A stretch of 64,000 bases of DNA, from IMG/VR virus record IMGVR_UViG_3300035696_001394. One strand, written 5' to 3'. A model generated the notes under the pieces. The model ran no database searches. It was not told the DNA's origin and saw only the letters and a list, made by a program, of their open reading frames with translations. Position numbers and translations under genes: made by a program. Shown here piece after piece: positions 39,686 to 48,400 of the stretch (position 1 is its first letter; the number at the start of each line of letters is the position of its first letter). The stretch comes from an uncultured virus (IMG/VR IMGVR_UViG_3300035696_001394) (Duplodnaviria > Heunggongvirae > Uroviricota > Caudoviricetes).

Positions 39686-40087
39686 CTAGGGCCGCAGGCT
39701 GTTGGGCCAGCGGGGGTAATACACCGGGACCGGATCGAAGTCGCATTCGAGAACGTCGTGCGCGTTCATCAGGAGTCGATGATTCGCGCTGTTGAGCGTC
39801 ACGAGTGCGAGATGCCCGCGCTCCGGGACACGCACCCCCGCGGCGCGAGCGAAGTCGGGTGTGAGCGAAGTGAGCGCTTGGCGCAGCTCCGGGATGTTGA
39901 AGCCGGGACCAAGCACCCATCCGAGCAAGTGGAGCGCGAGCTGCGCGTCGGACGGCCAGAACGCGAACGAGGGATACTTCTTCCGAAAGACACCCTCGTT
40001 CGCGTCGAGCCGACACGCCGCGCTTGCGTCGCCCGAGAGGACGGTCGCGAGCCCGACGAAGGCACGCTCGACGCTCTCGCGCGCCAC
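39686..40087 (-). CDS. Truncated lysozyme-like paralog lacking the catalytic N-lobe
   Basis: KYPSFAFWPSDAQLALHLLGWVLGPGF aligns with KYPDYVNWPADAQMALHSIAWAWGPGF of 21440..22558. Confidence 0.6.
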   Translation of the reverse strand: MARESVERAFVGLATVLSGDASAACRLDANEGVFRKKYPSFAFWPSDAQLALHLLGWVLGPGFNIPELRQALTSLTPDFARAAGVRVPERGHLALVTLNSANHRLLMNAHDVLECDFDPVPVYYPRWPNSLRP

Positions 40088-40090
40088 TTG

Positions 40091-40183
40091 CTACCGCCGC
40101 TTGCCCTTGTGATGCGCACGGCCCTTCTTGGGCTTCTTGTGGGCCATGCCGACGCGGGGCTTCTTGTGCTTCTTGTGACGCAT
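40091..40183 (-). CDS. 30-aa protamine-like basic peptide (absent from ORF track)
   Basis: Hand translation MRHKKHKKPRVGMAHKKPKKGRAHHKGKRR; AAGGAG RBS. Confidence 0.7.
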   Translation of the reverse strand: MRHKKHKKPRVGMAHKKPKKGRAHHKGKRR

Positions 40184-40209
40184 GTTCTCCTTGACCTTTC
40201 TTTGACGGA

Positions 40210-40863
40210 CTATCCGTCGATTCCGAACACGACCGTGACGCTGGCATCAGCCGCACCAGCATTCGAGACACCGATACCGAGAGCACCCGCAAGGAGTGGA
40301 ACGTAGATGCCGGGCGTGATGGACGTCGACATCAGCGTCACGATCTCGGCCGGCGGGTAGAGCGCTTGTTGCACGAGCACGATGTCGGCGGGGCCCGTCG
40401 TCGTCGACGAGAAGACCGCGACGGAGTTCGCGCCCTCGGGGATGTCCACGAGCGCCGGCAGGGAAGTACCGGCCGGAAGAAGCGTGCTACGCAGCGCCGT
40501 GAAGACGGGGTACGCCGCGGTACGAGGACGCGTGCGCGCTGCGACGTTGGCGGTGACGCCATACTTGAAGCCCGGCGGGAACGGCGCCGCCGTACCGTCC
40601 TTGACGAGAATGCGGCACGCCTCGGCGAGACCGGAGATGGACGCGCCCGCGCACACGTCGATCGTGCGGCTCTGCGTGATGCCGTTGACCGTCCACTCCA
40701 CGGTCATGTACGCGAAGCACGAGACGCCATCCTCGATGTCCTGATCGACCTCGGCCTGCGCCGTGAACATCGTCGGTTCTTCGAACTCGGCGCTCAAGCT
40801 AATGAACGTGGCCGTACGGCCCGTGATCAGCCTGTCGCTTCGGCCCCATCCAGTGCGTTTCAT
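40210..40863 (-). CDS. Beta-rich putative virion structural protein (possible jelly-roll/penton-like)
   Basis: 217 aa with alternating beta-strand pattern; ATGA overlap. Confidence 0.5.
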   Translation of the reverse strand: MKRTGWGRSDRLITGRTATFISLSAEFEEPTMFTAQAEVDQDIEDGVSCFAYMTVEWTVNGITQSRTIDVCAGASISGLAEACRILVKDGTAAPFPPGFKYGVTANVAARTRPRTAAYPVFTALRSTLLPAGTSLPALVDIPEGANSVAVFSSTTTGPADIVLVQQALYPPAEIVTLMSTSITPGIYVPLLAGALGIGVSNAGAADASVTVVFGIDG

Positions 40864-41531
40864 TCGCCCAGCTCCCATCCCGCCACGGGGGCGTAGCGAC
40901 TGATCGAGCTGCCGGGGTGTCGCGCCATCTGAAGCTGGCGCGCGCGGCCGACGCATTGCCCGACGACGAGCGCGCGACGTAGCTGCGGATCGAGACGGGG
41001 CGCCAGCTCTTGCCAGTCCTTCTCGCCGCAGAACTTCACGCCGTGCAGGAAGCACGCAGCGTGCGCCTTGGACTCGTCGTCCTCGCCGCCGAACATGCTC
41101 TCACCGATTCCCTTGATCGCTTCGATGGTGAGCGGGTCGCTGGTCGCGAGCACGACGGCCGCCGCTGCGAGCCCGTGACGGAACTTGCACGCGCGCAGGA
41201 TGCAGACCTCGAAGCGCTCGGGATCGAAGATGCCGTCGAGAAGACCGGGGGGCAGTGCGGGTTTCTTCATCTCGGGATCGGGCCGTGTTGAGAACTTGGA
41301 GACCGTGATGCCGTTGTCAGCGCCGAAGAAGCTTTGCGCCGCCGACTTGACCGGATGCCCGTCGATGTACTTCTTGATCATCGCGTACGCGGCGCGTGCG
41401 CGCGCACCACCCTTGCGCGCCGCCATACCCACTTGCTGGATCAACGCCATCGCGTTCTGGTCCCCCGCGCGTGCGCGCCGGACCAGGGCGGCTGACTGAT
41501 CGGCCAGCGAGAGGGCAGAGGCGGCGGCCAT
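40860..41531 (-). CDS. Helical hypothetical protein
   Basis: MAAASAL..VRRARAGDQNAMALI; FFG and MFG motifs. Confidence 0.65.
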   Translation of the reverse strand: MAAASALSLADQSAALVRRARAGDQNAMALIQQVGMAARKGGARARAAYAMIKKYIDGHPVKSAAQSFFGADNGITVSKFSTRPDPEMKKPALPPGLLDGIFDPERFEVCILRACKFRHGLAAAAVVLATSDPLTIEAIKGIGESMFGGEDDESKAHAACFLHGVKFCGEKDWQELAPRLDPQLRRALVVGQCVGRARQLQMARHPGSSISRYAPVAGWELGE

Positions 41532-41533
41532 GA

Positions 41534-42511
41534 TCAGGTCTGCGCGGCCTCTTCGTTGACGGCGTTCTGATCCGCGAGCGCGGCCTGCACGGACGCGGCG
41601 GCGGTCGCGGGCGCAGCCGGCGGGGGCTGCACGGGTTCCGGGGGGTTCTCCACTTCGGCCGGCACCGCCACGGCGCGCGGAGCGGCGGGGGGCGGAGCTG
41701 CCGCCCCGGCAGCCGGCGGGATCGCATCCTCGTCTTCTTCCACCGGGGGCACACCGCTCGCGGGCGCGCCGCCCGTGGGGGCAGCGGCGGCAGCGGCAGC
41801 GGCCGGCGGTGCCGTACCGGCGCCCGCGTTCGGATCGACTTCGAGTTCGGCCTGCGCGATCGAGATCGCGTCGGCGACGTTGGTGTCGTCCGGCGTCAAG
41901 CCGCGCGCGTTGATGAAGTTCGAAGCCGCCGCCTTGGCCTCGTTGCTCGTCGGACCGAAGTGCATGATCGCCTTCGCGAGCTTGTCGGCGAAGGCGTGCA
42001 GCACATTCGGGTCGACCGGCTTGGCGCTCTTGCCCGCCGAGTGCGCGGCTCGCACCGCCGCCGCGTGCGCGCGCAGCGAAGCCGCCGCGTCGATCGCGCC
42101 CTGCTCCTCGAACGCCGCCGCCACCTCGTCGATCCCTTCGGGGATGTCGCTCGTGAGCGCACGACGGTACGCGTCGCGCCGGGCCACCTTGGTCGCCTCG
42201 GGCAGCTCGCGCAGCCCCGCGCGCTTCCTGAGCATCTCGGCCTGCCCGTGGAGCCCTTCCTTCTCGAAGACGTCGGCGAGGTCCCGCAGCTCCTTGGGGT
42301 CCTTGATCGTCGCCATCGCGTTCTCGTAGACGACCTTGCGCTTGGGCGTCATCTCGCCCGAGGGCTTCTTCGGCGACGCGTTCGCCAGCCCGCCCCCGAG
42401 AAGCGCACCGATCCCGGCCCCGACGGGGCCCCCGAGCATGAAGCCGACGAGCGCGCCGATGCCGGCGCCGACGCCCGTCCTCTTGTTGATGATCTCGTTC
42501 ACGGTTGTCAC
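41534..42511 (-). CDS. N-terminal glycine-zipper helical protein with Pro/Ala tail
   Basis: GVGAGIGALVGFMLGGPVGAGIG; two similar helical repeats (ADVFEKEG / AAAFEEQG); start uncertain. Confidence 0.7.
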   Translation of the reverse strand: MTTVNEIINKRTGVGAGIGALVGFMLGGPVGAGIGALLGGGLANASPKKPSGEMTPKRKVVYENAMATIKDPKELRDLADVFEKEGLHGQAEMLRKRAGLRELPEATKVARRDAYRRALTSDIPEGIDEVAAAFEEQGAIDAAASLRAHAAAVRAAHSAGKSAKPVDPNVLHAFADKLAKAIMHFGPTSNEAKAAASNFINARGLTPDDTNVADAISIAQAELEVDPNAGAGTAPPAAAAAAAAPTGGAPASGVPPVEEDEDAIPPAAGAAAPPPAAPRAVAVPAEVENPPEPVQPPPAAPATAAASVQAALADQNAVNEEAAQT

Positions 42512-42536
42512 GATTGCACCCCAATCCTTACAGGGT

Positions 42537-42968
42537 TCATTGTGGGAAGACCCAGAGCCCGCGCGCCGCATGGTACTCGGCCATGCCGAGCTTGCGCGAG
42601 GGATCTTCGAAGCCGCCGGGTCGCTGCACGAGAATGTGGAAGTCCTTGGCCCCTCGTTGCGGGTTGATCGCGAATCGGAAGACCGGTTTGGCGCTCTCGC
42701 CCTTGTTGCGTAGCTCCGCGACGCGCGCGGCCGTGAGTGACTTGCAGTCGCCGTAGTGGCGTTGGTAGAGATCGGGAATCGAGTCCCACACCTTCGTCCG
42801 CGCGTAGGTGACGCCCGCGGAGTACAGCGGCGGCGTCGAGGGGTAGCGCGCGAGGTAGACCCGATTGGCTGCGATCAACGCTTCGAGCATGACGCGCAGC
42901 ACGAGCGCGTTGTCCTCGTCGGACGCGCCCGCATGAAACACGAAGCCGAGATCGAAACAGATCCGCAT
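42537..42968 (-). CDS. Transglutaminase-like cysteine protease (candidate maturation protease)
   Basis: YGDCKSL..ARVAEL, FHILV, EDPS give an ordered Cys-His-Asp triad. Confidence 0.65.
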   Translation of the reverse strand: MRICFDLGFVFHAGASDEDNALVLRVMLEALIAANRVYLARYPSTPPLYSAGVTYARTKVWDSIPDLYQRHYGDCKSLTAARVAELRNKGESAKPVFRFAINPQRGAKDFHILVQRPGGFEDPSRKLGMAEYHAARGLWVFPQ

Positions 42969-42986
42969 GGGCTCCTGTCGGCAGAG

Positions 42987-43093
42987 AGCACTCCGATAGG
43001 GGCAGGAGAGGTTGCCGTCGCTCCGCTCGACCGCCGCTCAGCATAGGCGCCAGCGGTTGGGGTGCAGGAGCGACTTCTCGCTACCGGAGTGCT
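42987..43093 (-). other. Nested inverted repeats (structured intergenic RNA)
   Basis: AGCACTCCG/CGGAGTGCT enclosing GTCGCTCC/GGAGCGAC and CCGCT/AGCGG. Confidence 0.5.
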
Positions 43094-43114
43094 TCAGCCT
43101 TCAGCTCAGGGCGA

Positions 43115-43864
43115 TCAGGCCGAGAGCGTCGCCGGGCCCGTGAACGACACGACGAACTGGAAGCTTCCCGTCCCGCTGAGGGGCGAGGGCACCAGGCCGG
43201 TGTAGTTCGCGTTGACCGTGGCCTTGTTCGCAGGCGTCAGGGTCGGCACGCTCAGGGCGCGGCCGACGCCGTTCGCGTTGAACTGCCAGGCGTCCAGGGT
43301 TCCGCCGACCGTGAACGAGACGTTCGCGACGCGACCGTCCGTGATCAGGATCATGCCGGGGGACACGACGTTGATCGTGACCTGCTCGGGGCGGAAGTTG
43401 ACGTCCGGGGCGCCCGACGCCGTGAGGGCCTGGCTCGTTCCGAGCGCGAGGATCACGTCGTTGACCGAGAACGTGTAGCGCTCGATCTTCAGCTCCGAGT
43501 GCATGTTCGGCTCCAGAAGGAGCGCGCGCTGCGACCGGTGCTTGTTGCGCTTCATGTGCATCGCGATGATGCGCTGCGCCGCCGGGTTCGGGTGATGCAG
43601 GGGGTGGTGCGGGTGCGCCACGTGCATCGGGTGAACCGGCGCCGCCGCGGGGGCGGGGTCGGTCCCGAAGATGGACGAGAGCCCCATGGCATCCTCGCCG
43701 TCCATCTCGTCCCAATCGGCGCCGAAGATCGACTCGACGCCGAAGTCCGCCTCGCCGCCGAGGGAGAAGTTCTCCTCGGTGCCGAAGTCGGCCATCCCGT
43801 TCACGCCCATCAGGGCCGCGAGCGCCGGGTCACGCATCGCGAGGTCGTGTGCCTTCTTTCCCAT
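43115..43864 (-). CDS. Candidate major capsid protein precursor (acidic propeptide plus single-jelly-roll-like domain)
   Basis: Very strong codon bias; acidic N-part with DFG/IFG repeats, His/Pro linker, ~125-aa all-beta C-domain (NFRPEQVTI, ITDGRVAN, FQFVVSFTG). Confidence 0.5.
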   Translation of the reverse strand: MGKKAHDLAMRDPALAALMGVNGMADFGTEENFSLGGEADFGVESIFGADWDEMDGEDAMGLSSIFGTDPAPAAAPVHPMHVAHPHHPLHHPNPAAQRIIAMHMKRNKHRSQRALLLEPNMHSELKIERYTFSVNDVILALGTSQALTASGAPDVNFRPEQVTINVVSPGMILITDGRVANVSFTVGGTLDAWQFNANGVGRALSVPTLTPANKATVNANYTGLVPSPLSGTGSFQFVVSFTGPATLSA

Positions 43865-43935
43865 GACTTTTTCTCTCTCCTTGTACGACCGCTCCGGCGT
43901 GATGCCGGCGCGGAAGACTCTGTTGGTCGCCCGAT

Positions 43936-44439
43936 TCAGCCGAGACCTCTGGCTGCCTTGAGGATCGGGTCTTCCTCGTCGTCGTCTTCCCCTGCGATCT
44001 TCGACTTGCCGGCTCCGGGCTTCGGGGCGATGCCCGCCGTACCCTTCTGACGACGGATGAGCGTCTCGGCGCCGCGATCCGAGAGGATGGCTGCCGCCGC
44101 CGCGCCCACCTGCCGCATGTCCTGCGCAGCCTCGGGGAAGTGCCCTGCCGCTGCGACCGACGCCACGGCGCCGAGCCCCGCGACGGCCGCTGCCGCCGCG
44201 TTCGCAGGACCATCACCGAACATGGCGCGCGTGGTTCCGAGCAACGCGCCCGTCACCGCGCTCTCGCCGTAGGTTCGGAGCACGCTGCCGCCCGCCTTCA
44301 TGTACGGCGCAGCCGAAGCCGGCGTGGTGGGCTTGATCTCGCCCTTCGCACGCTCGACGAACTTCTTGACCCACGACGCGTGACCCGGCTTCTCGGTCAC
44401 GGATGTCGTCGTGGTGATCGCCTTGTTCTCGTCAGCCAT
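43936..44439 (-). CDS. Ala-rich membrane-associated hypothetical protein
   Basis: First gene after leader element; hydrophobic Ala helices; acidic tail. Confidence 0.65.
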   Translation of the reverse strand: MADENKAITTTTSVTEKPGHASWVKKFVERAKGEIKPTTPASAAPYMKAGGSVLRTYGESAVTGALLGTTRAMFGDGPANAAAAAVAGLGAVASVAAAGHFPEAAQDMRQVGAAAAAILSDRGAETLIRRQKGTAGIAPKPGAGKSKIAGEDDDEEDPILKAARGLG

Positions 44440-44458
44440 CTTCGAGTGCTCTCCGCCG

Positions 44459-44550
44459 GACAAAAGGCAAAAGCCGAGGAACCCTTGCGCGGTTGCGATG
44501 GGGACCAATCTTGGAGTCCGCCGCCGCCCTCGCGCCGAGAATCCTCGGCC
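44459..44550 (-). ncRNA. Conserved structured 5' leader element, copy 2
   Basis: Homologous to 22866..22948; long stem followed by U-tracts on the minus strand. Confidence 0.65.
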
Positions 44551-44562
44551 TACTGACGCTAG

Positions 44563-44591
44563 AGGTTACGCTGCCATACGTGACCCGTCAA
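44563..44591 (-). promoter_or_regulatory. Sigma70-type promoter TTGACG-N17-TAACCT
   Basis: -35 at 44591..44586, 17-nt spacer, -10 at 44568..44563, in an intergenic gap. Confidence 0.65.
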
Positions 44592-44613
44592 CGTACGTGC
44601 CAATTCCTGTACG

Positions 44614-44880
44614 TCAGGGCACGTCCCGGAGCTGATAGCGCAGGGTGTCGAGGAGCCCCACCTGGGCGCACGAGGCGTGCTCCAGCGCTTCGTGCTTGTA
44701 CACGACGGCTTCCTTGAACCAGTGGACGTAGGTCGCCGCGTCCGCCCTCGACTTGGCGGCAAGCTCCCACGCCGCGAGCGCACGCGCGCCCCACTTCACC
44801 GCCGTCTCGCCCTCGATGGTCTCCGAGGACTTCGCGAGCAGCTCCGCGCGCGCCGCGTCGAGATCGGCCGGCGCGATCAC
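44614..44880 (-). CDS. Small helical hypothetical protein
   Basis: GTGA overlap; HEALEHA. Confidence 0.6.
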   Translation of the reverse strand: MIAPADLDAARAELLAKSSETIEGETAVKWGARALAAWELAAKSRADAATYVHWFKEAVVYKHEALEHASCAQVGLLDTLRYQLRDVP

Positions 44881-45137
44881 GACGCCCGGAAGACGGCGAA
44901 CTCGGCGAGCCGGTTGGCCGCCGCGAGACGCTTCACGTCTTCGAGGCTCTTGCCCGAGTCGTAGAGCATGCCCGCGTTGGCGAACGGCGAGACGTAGCCG
45001 GCGCGGTCGAGGAACGCCGCGATCTGCGGCACCGTGCGATCACGCGCCTTGGTCTCGGGCGACGAGCGAACGTCGTCGGTGAACCCGAACCATCCTCGCC
45101 CGTACCTGCGCGCGAGCGCGCGACCTCGCCTCTTCAT
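44877..45137 (-). CDS. RRYG-leader protein (outside the main array)
   Basis: MKRRGRALARRYG; GAGGAG RBS. Confidence 0.8.
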   Translation of the reverse strand: MKRRGRALARRYGRGWFGFTDDVRSSPETKARDRTVPQIAAFLDRAGYVSPFANAGMLYDSGKSLEDVKRLAAANRLAEFAVFRAS

Positions 45138-45140
45138 GGA

Positions 45141-45401
45141 TTACTCCTCGTATTCGTACGCCGGGGAGAGCGCCGGTGTCGTCTTCGCCTTGATCAACAG
45201 CTTCACGCCGCTCTTGGCCGACCCGCTCTGCAAGTGCAGGCCGTCCATCTCTCCGAGCGCCCCGGTGTGCGCCATCCGGCTCACGCCGTCGAGCACGTCG
45301 TTCGCGCCCTTGTGGAGCGTCGCCGCGGTGCGCGCGTGGGACGTGTGCTTCCCGACGAAGTACCCCGCGATGGCGCCGACAACGAAGTAGAGGAGCGGCA
45401 T
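45141..45401 (-). CDS. Small N-terminal TM protein
   Basis: MPLLYFVVGAIAGYFVG. Confidence 0.6.
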   Translation of the reverse strand: MPLLYFVVGAIAGYFVGKHTSHARTAATLHKGANDVLDGVSRMAHTGALGEMDGLHLQSGSAKSGVKLLIKAKTTPALSPAYEYEE

Positions 45402-45435
45402 CCGGGTACAACCGTACCACACCGCCCGCCCGCCC

Positions 45436-48400
45436 TCACGCCCAGAGGATCAGCTTCACCTCGTAGGCCACCCCGCGGACGACGATCGTGGTGCGCACAA
45501 CCTTCATGGTGCGCCCCTGCTCGATCTCGATGCCCCCATCCTGCGCGACCTGCTCGACCTCTTCCTGCGCCTCGCCGCGCACCGCCGAGAGCACCTGCTC
45601 TTGGAAGTCGCGGAAGGTGACGCGCGGCCCGTAGGGCGGCAGGTCCAGCTCCCACGTGACGCTACGCTCCCGATCCGAGTCATCGGTGGTCGGCGCGTCG
45701 CGCTGGTCCCACGCGAGCGGGATGTCATCGTCGCGGACACCGAACCGCTGCCGCCGCATGACGGCGGGCGTGCCCATCCACCCCGTCTCTTCGCGGTCGT
45801 CGGCACCGCCTTGGAAGAGCAACGGGTTGATCGGCCGCACCGGCGGCACGAACTCCTCGGGGACCGACGTGATCGGCCGCACGCGCGGGAGCGGCAGCCA
45901 GATCGGTACGGTGTACTCGTCGACCACCAGCGAGACGACGACGTCTTCGTACGGGTGAACGATCGTCAGCGTCGCGCGCGGCTCCCGCTGCGGGATGAAC
46001 GGCGCCGTCTCGTCGACGATGCGCGTGCCGGCGAAGTCTTCCGAGAAGGTGACGCCGATCCACGGGACAGGCGCCGGCACAACCGGCGGCAGACCGGTCT
46101 CCTCGATCGGCGCGCTCGCGATCTCCTCGCTCGCGACCGGGACGACACGCACCGGCACGAGCGGCACACGCGCCGGCAGTGCGACCTCTTCGATCGGAAG
46201 CGACCCCGCGAACTCCTCGCTGACCGGGACGGTGATCCACGCCGGTGGCGGCGGGAGCCAGAGCGCCGGCCCGATCTCGTCGATGGGTGCCGCACCTGCG
46301 AACTCCTCGTCCACCGGCACGATCGGCCGGACGCGCACGGGGATGAGCGCGACAACGACAGGCGGCTCTTCAAGCGGGAGCGCGCCCGCGAACTCTTCGT
46401 CCTGACTCGGGAGCTGACGCTCGGGCTCGGGCGCGATCCACGGCGCAAGCGACGTCTCCTCGACGACGATCGTGCCAGCGAAGTCCTCGCTGACGGAGAC
46501 GGTGATCCACGCACGAGGCTCCGCCACCCACGGCGGCAGCGCGTACTCCTCGACCGGGAAGCTCCCGGCGAACTCCTCGCTGACCGAGCTGCCGTACACG
46601 GCGCGCGGCGGCGCCAGCCACGACACGCTCGTCGTCTCTTCTTCTTGAGCGAGCGATCCCGCGAACTCCTCGTCCACGGGCGTCGTCCACACCGCGCGCG
46701 GGACAACCACACGCACCGGCGTCGCGAACTCGTCCTGCGGCAACGAGCCGGTGAAGTCCTCGCCGGTCGACGTCAGCCACACGGCCCGAGGCGGCGCCAG
46801 CCACGGTGCGAGCGCGCTCTCCTCTTGCGGCAACGTGCCGGTGAACTCCTCGTCCACCGATCCCGTGATCCACGCAGGCGGCGGAGCGAGCCACGGTGCG
46901 AGCGTCGTCTCATCGAGCGGGAGCGAACCCGCGAACTCCTCGTCCACCGACGTCGTGAAGACCGCACGCGGCGGCGGCAGCCACGGAGCCACCGTCGCCT
47001 CCTCGAACGCGAGGCTCCCCGCGAACTCCTCGGAGCCCGACGCGAGCCACACGGCCCGCGGGGGCGGCAGCCAAGGTGTAACCGCCGACTCCTCTTCGAC
47101 CTGCGTGCCCGCGAACTCCTCGCTGACCTGCACCGTGATCCACGCGGGCGGGGGCGGCAGCCAGATCACGACGGCATACTCGTCTTGCGCCAAGGAGCCT
47201 GCGAACTCCTCGTCCACGGACCCGAGCCACACCGCGCGAGGCGGAGCCAACCACGGGGCCTGCGTCGTCTCTTCCTGGGGCAACGCTCCCGCGAACTCCT
47301 CGTCGACCGATCCGATCCAAACCGCCTGCGGCGGAGCAAGCCACACGATGACGGTGGGCTCCTCTTGCAGAAGCGATCCCGCGAAGTCCTCGGGCCACGG
47401 ACCGAGCCACGTCGCGCGCGGCTCTCGCCGGAGCGGCAAGCTCGGCGTCTCTTCCTCGATCGTCGAACCGGCGAAGTCCTCGGCCGGCGACGCGATGTAG
47501 ACCGCACGAGGGGGCGGTAGCCACGGCGGCAGCGGGTTCTCTTCCTCGACCTGCGAACCGGCGAACTCCTCGTCGAGCGCCGTCGCAAGCCACACCGCAC
47601 GCGGCGGCGCGAGCCACACGATCGCGGCCACCTCGTCTTGAGGCAGGCTGCCGGCGAACTCCTCGCCGGTAGAACCGTTCCAGACAGCACGCGGCGGGGC
47701 CAGCCACGGTGCAACGGTGGGCTCCTCGAAGGCGAGACTGCCCGCAAACTCCTCGCTCACGGGCACCGTCACCCACTCGGGCTCGGGGCCAAGCCACGGC
47801 ACGATGCCGATCTCTTCGATCGCGAAGCTGCCTGCGAAGTCTTCCCCGAGCGAGACGTTGAAGACTGCACGCGGCGGAGCGAGCCACGGCGGGTTCGTGG
47901 GCTCCTCGAAGGCGAGGCTCCCAGAGAACTCCTCGCTCTGCGAGACGATGTAGACGGCTCGCGGCGGCGCGAGCCACAAGACGTTGACGGCTTCCTCGAA
48001 CGCCAGACTGCCGGAGAACTCCTCGGCGGGCGACGCGTTGAACACGGCGCGCGGTGGCGGGAGCCACACCGGTGTCCCGTTTTCGTCGAAGGCCACGCTC
48101 CCGGCGAAGTCCTCGCCGGTCGATACCGTAATCCACGCGCGCGGCTCGAACCGGAACGCTAGCCCGGCGGGCTCGTCGACCACCGAACCGGCGAAGTCCT
48201 CGCCCGACGAGACGTTGTAGACGGCGCGGGGCGGCGCCAGCCACACGGGCGTCCCGTTCTCATCGACAGGGATGCTGCCTGCGAACTCCTCGGAGACCGG
48301 GACGGTGATCCATGCACGAGGTTCGAGCTGGAACGCGAGGCCAGACGGTTCATCGACCTGCGAGCCGGCGAAGTCTTCACCCGGCGACTGGTTGAAGACG

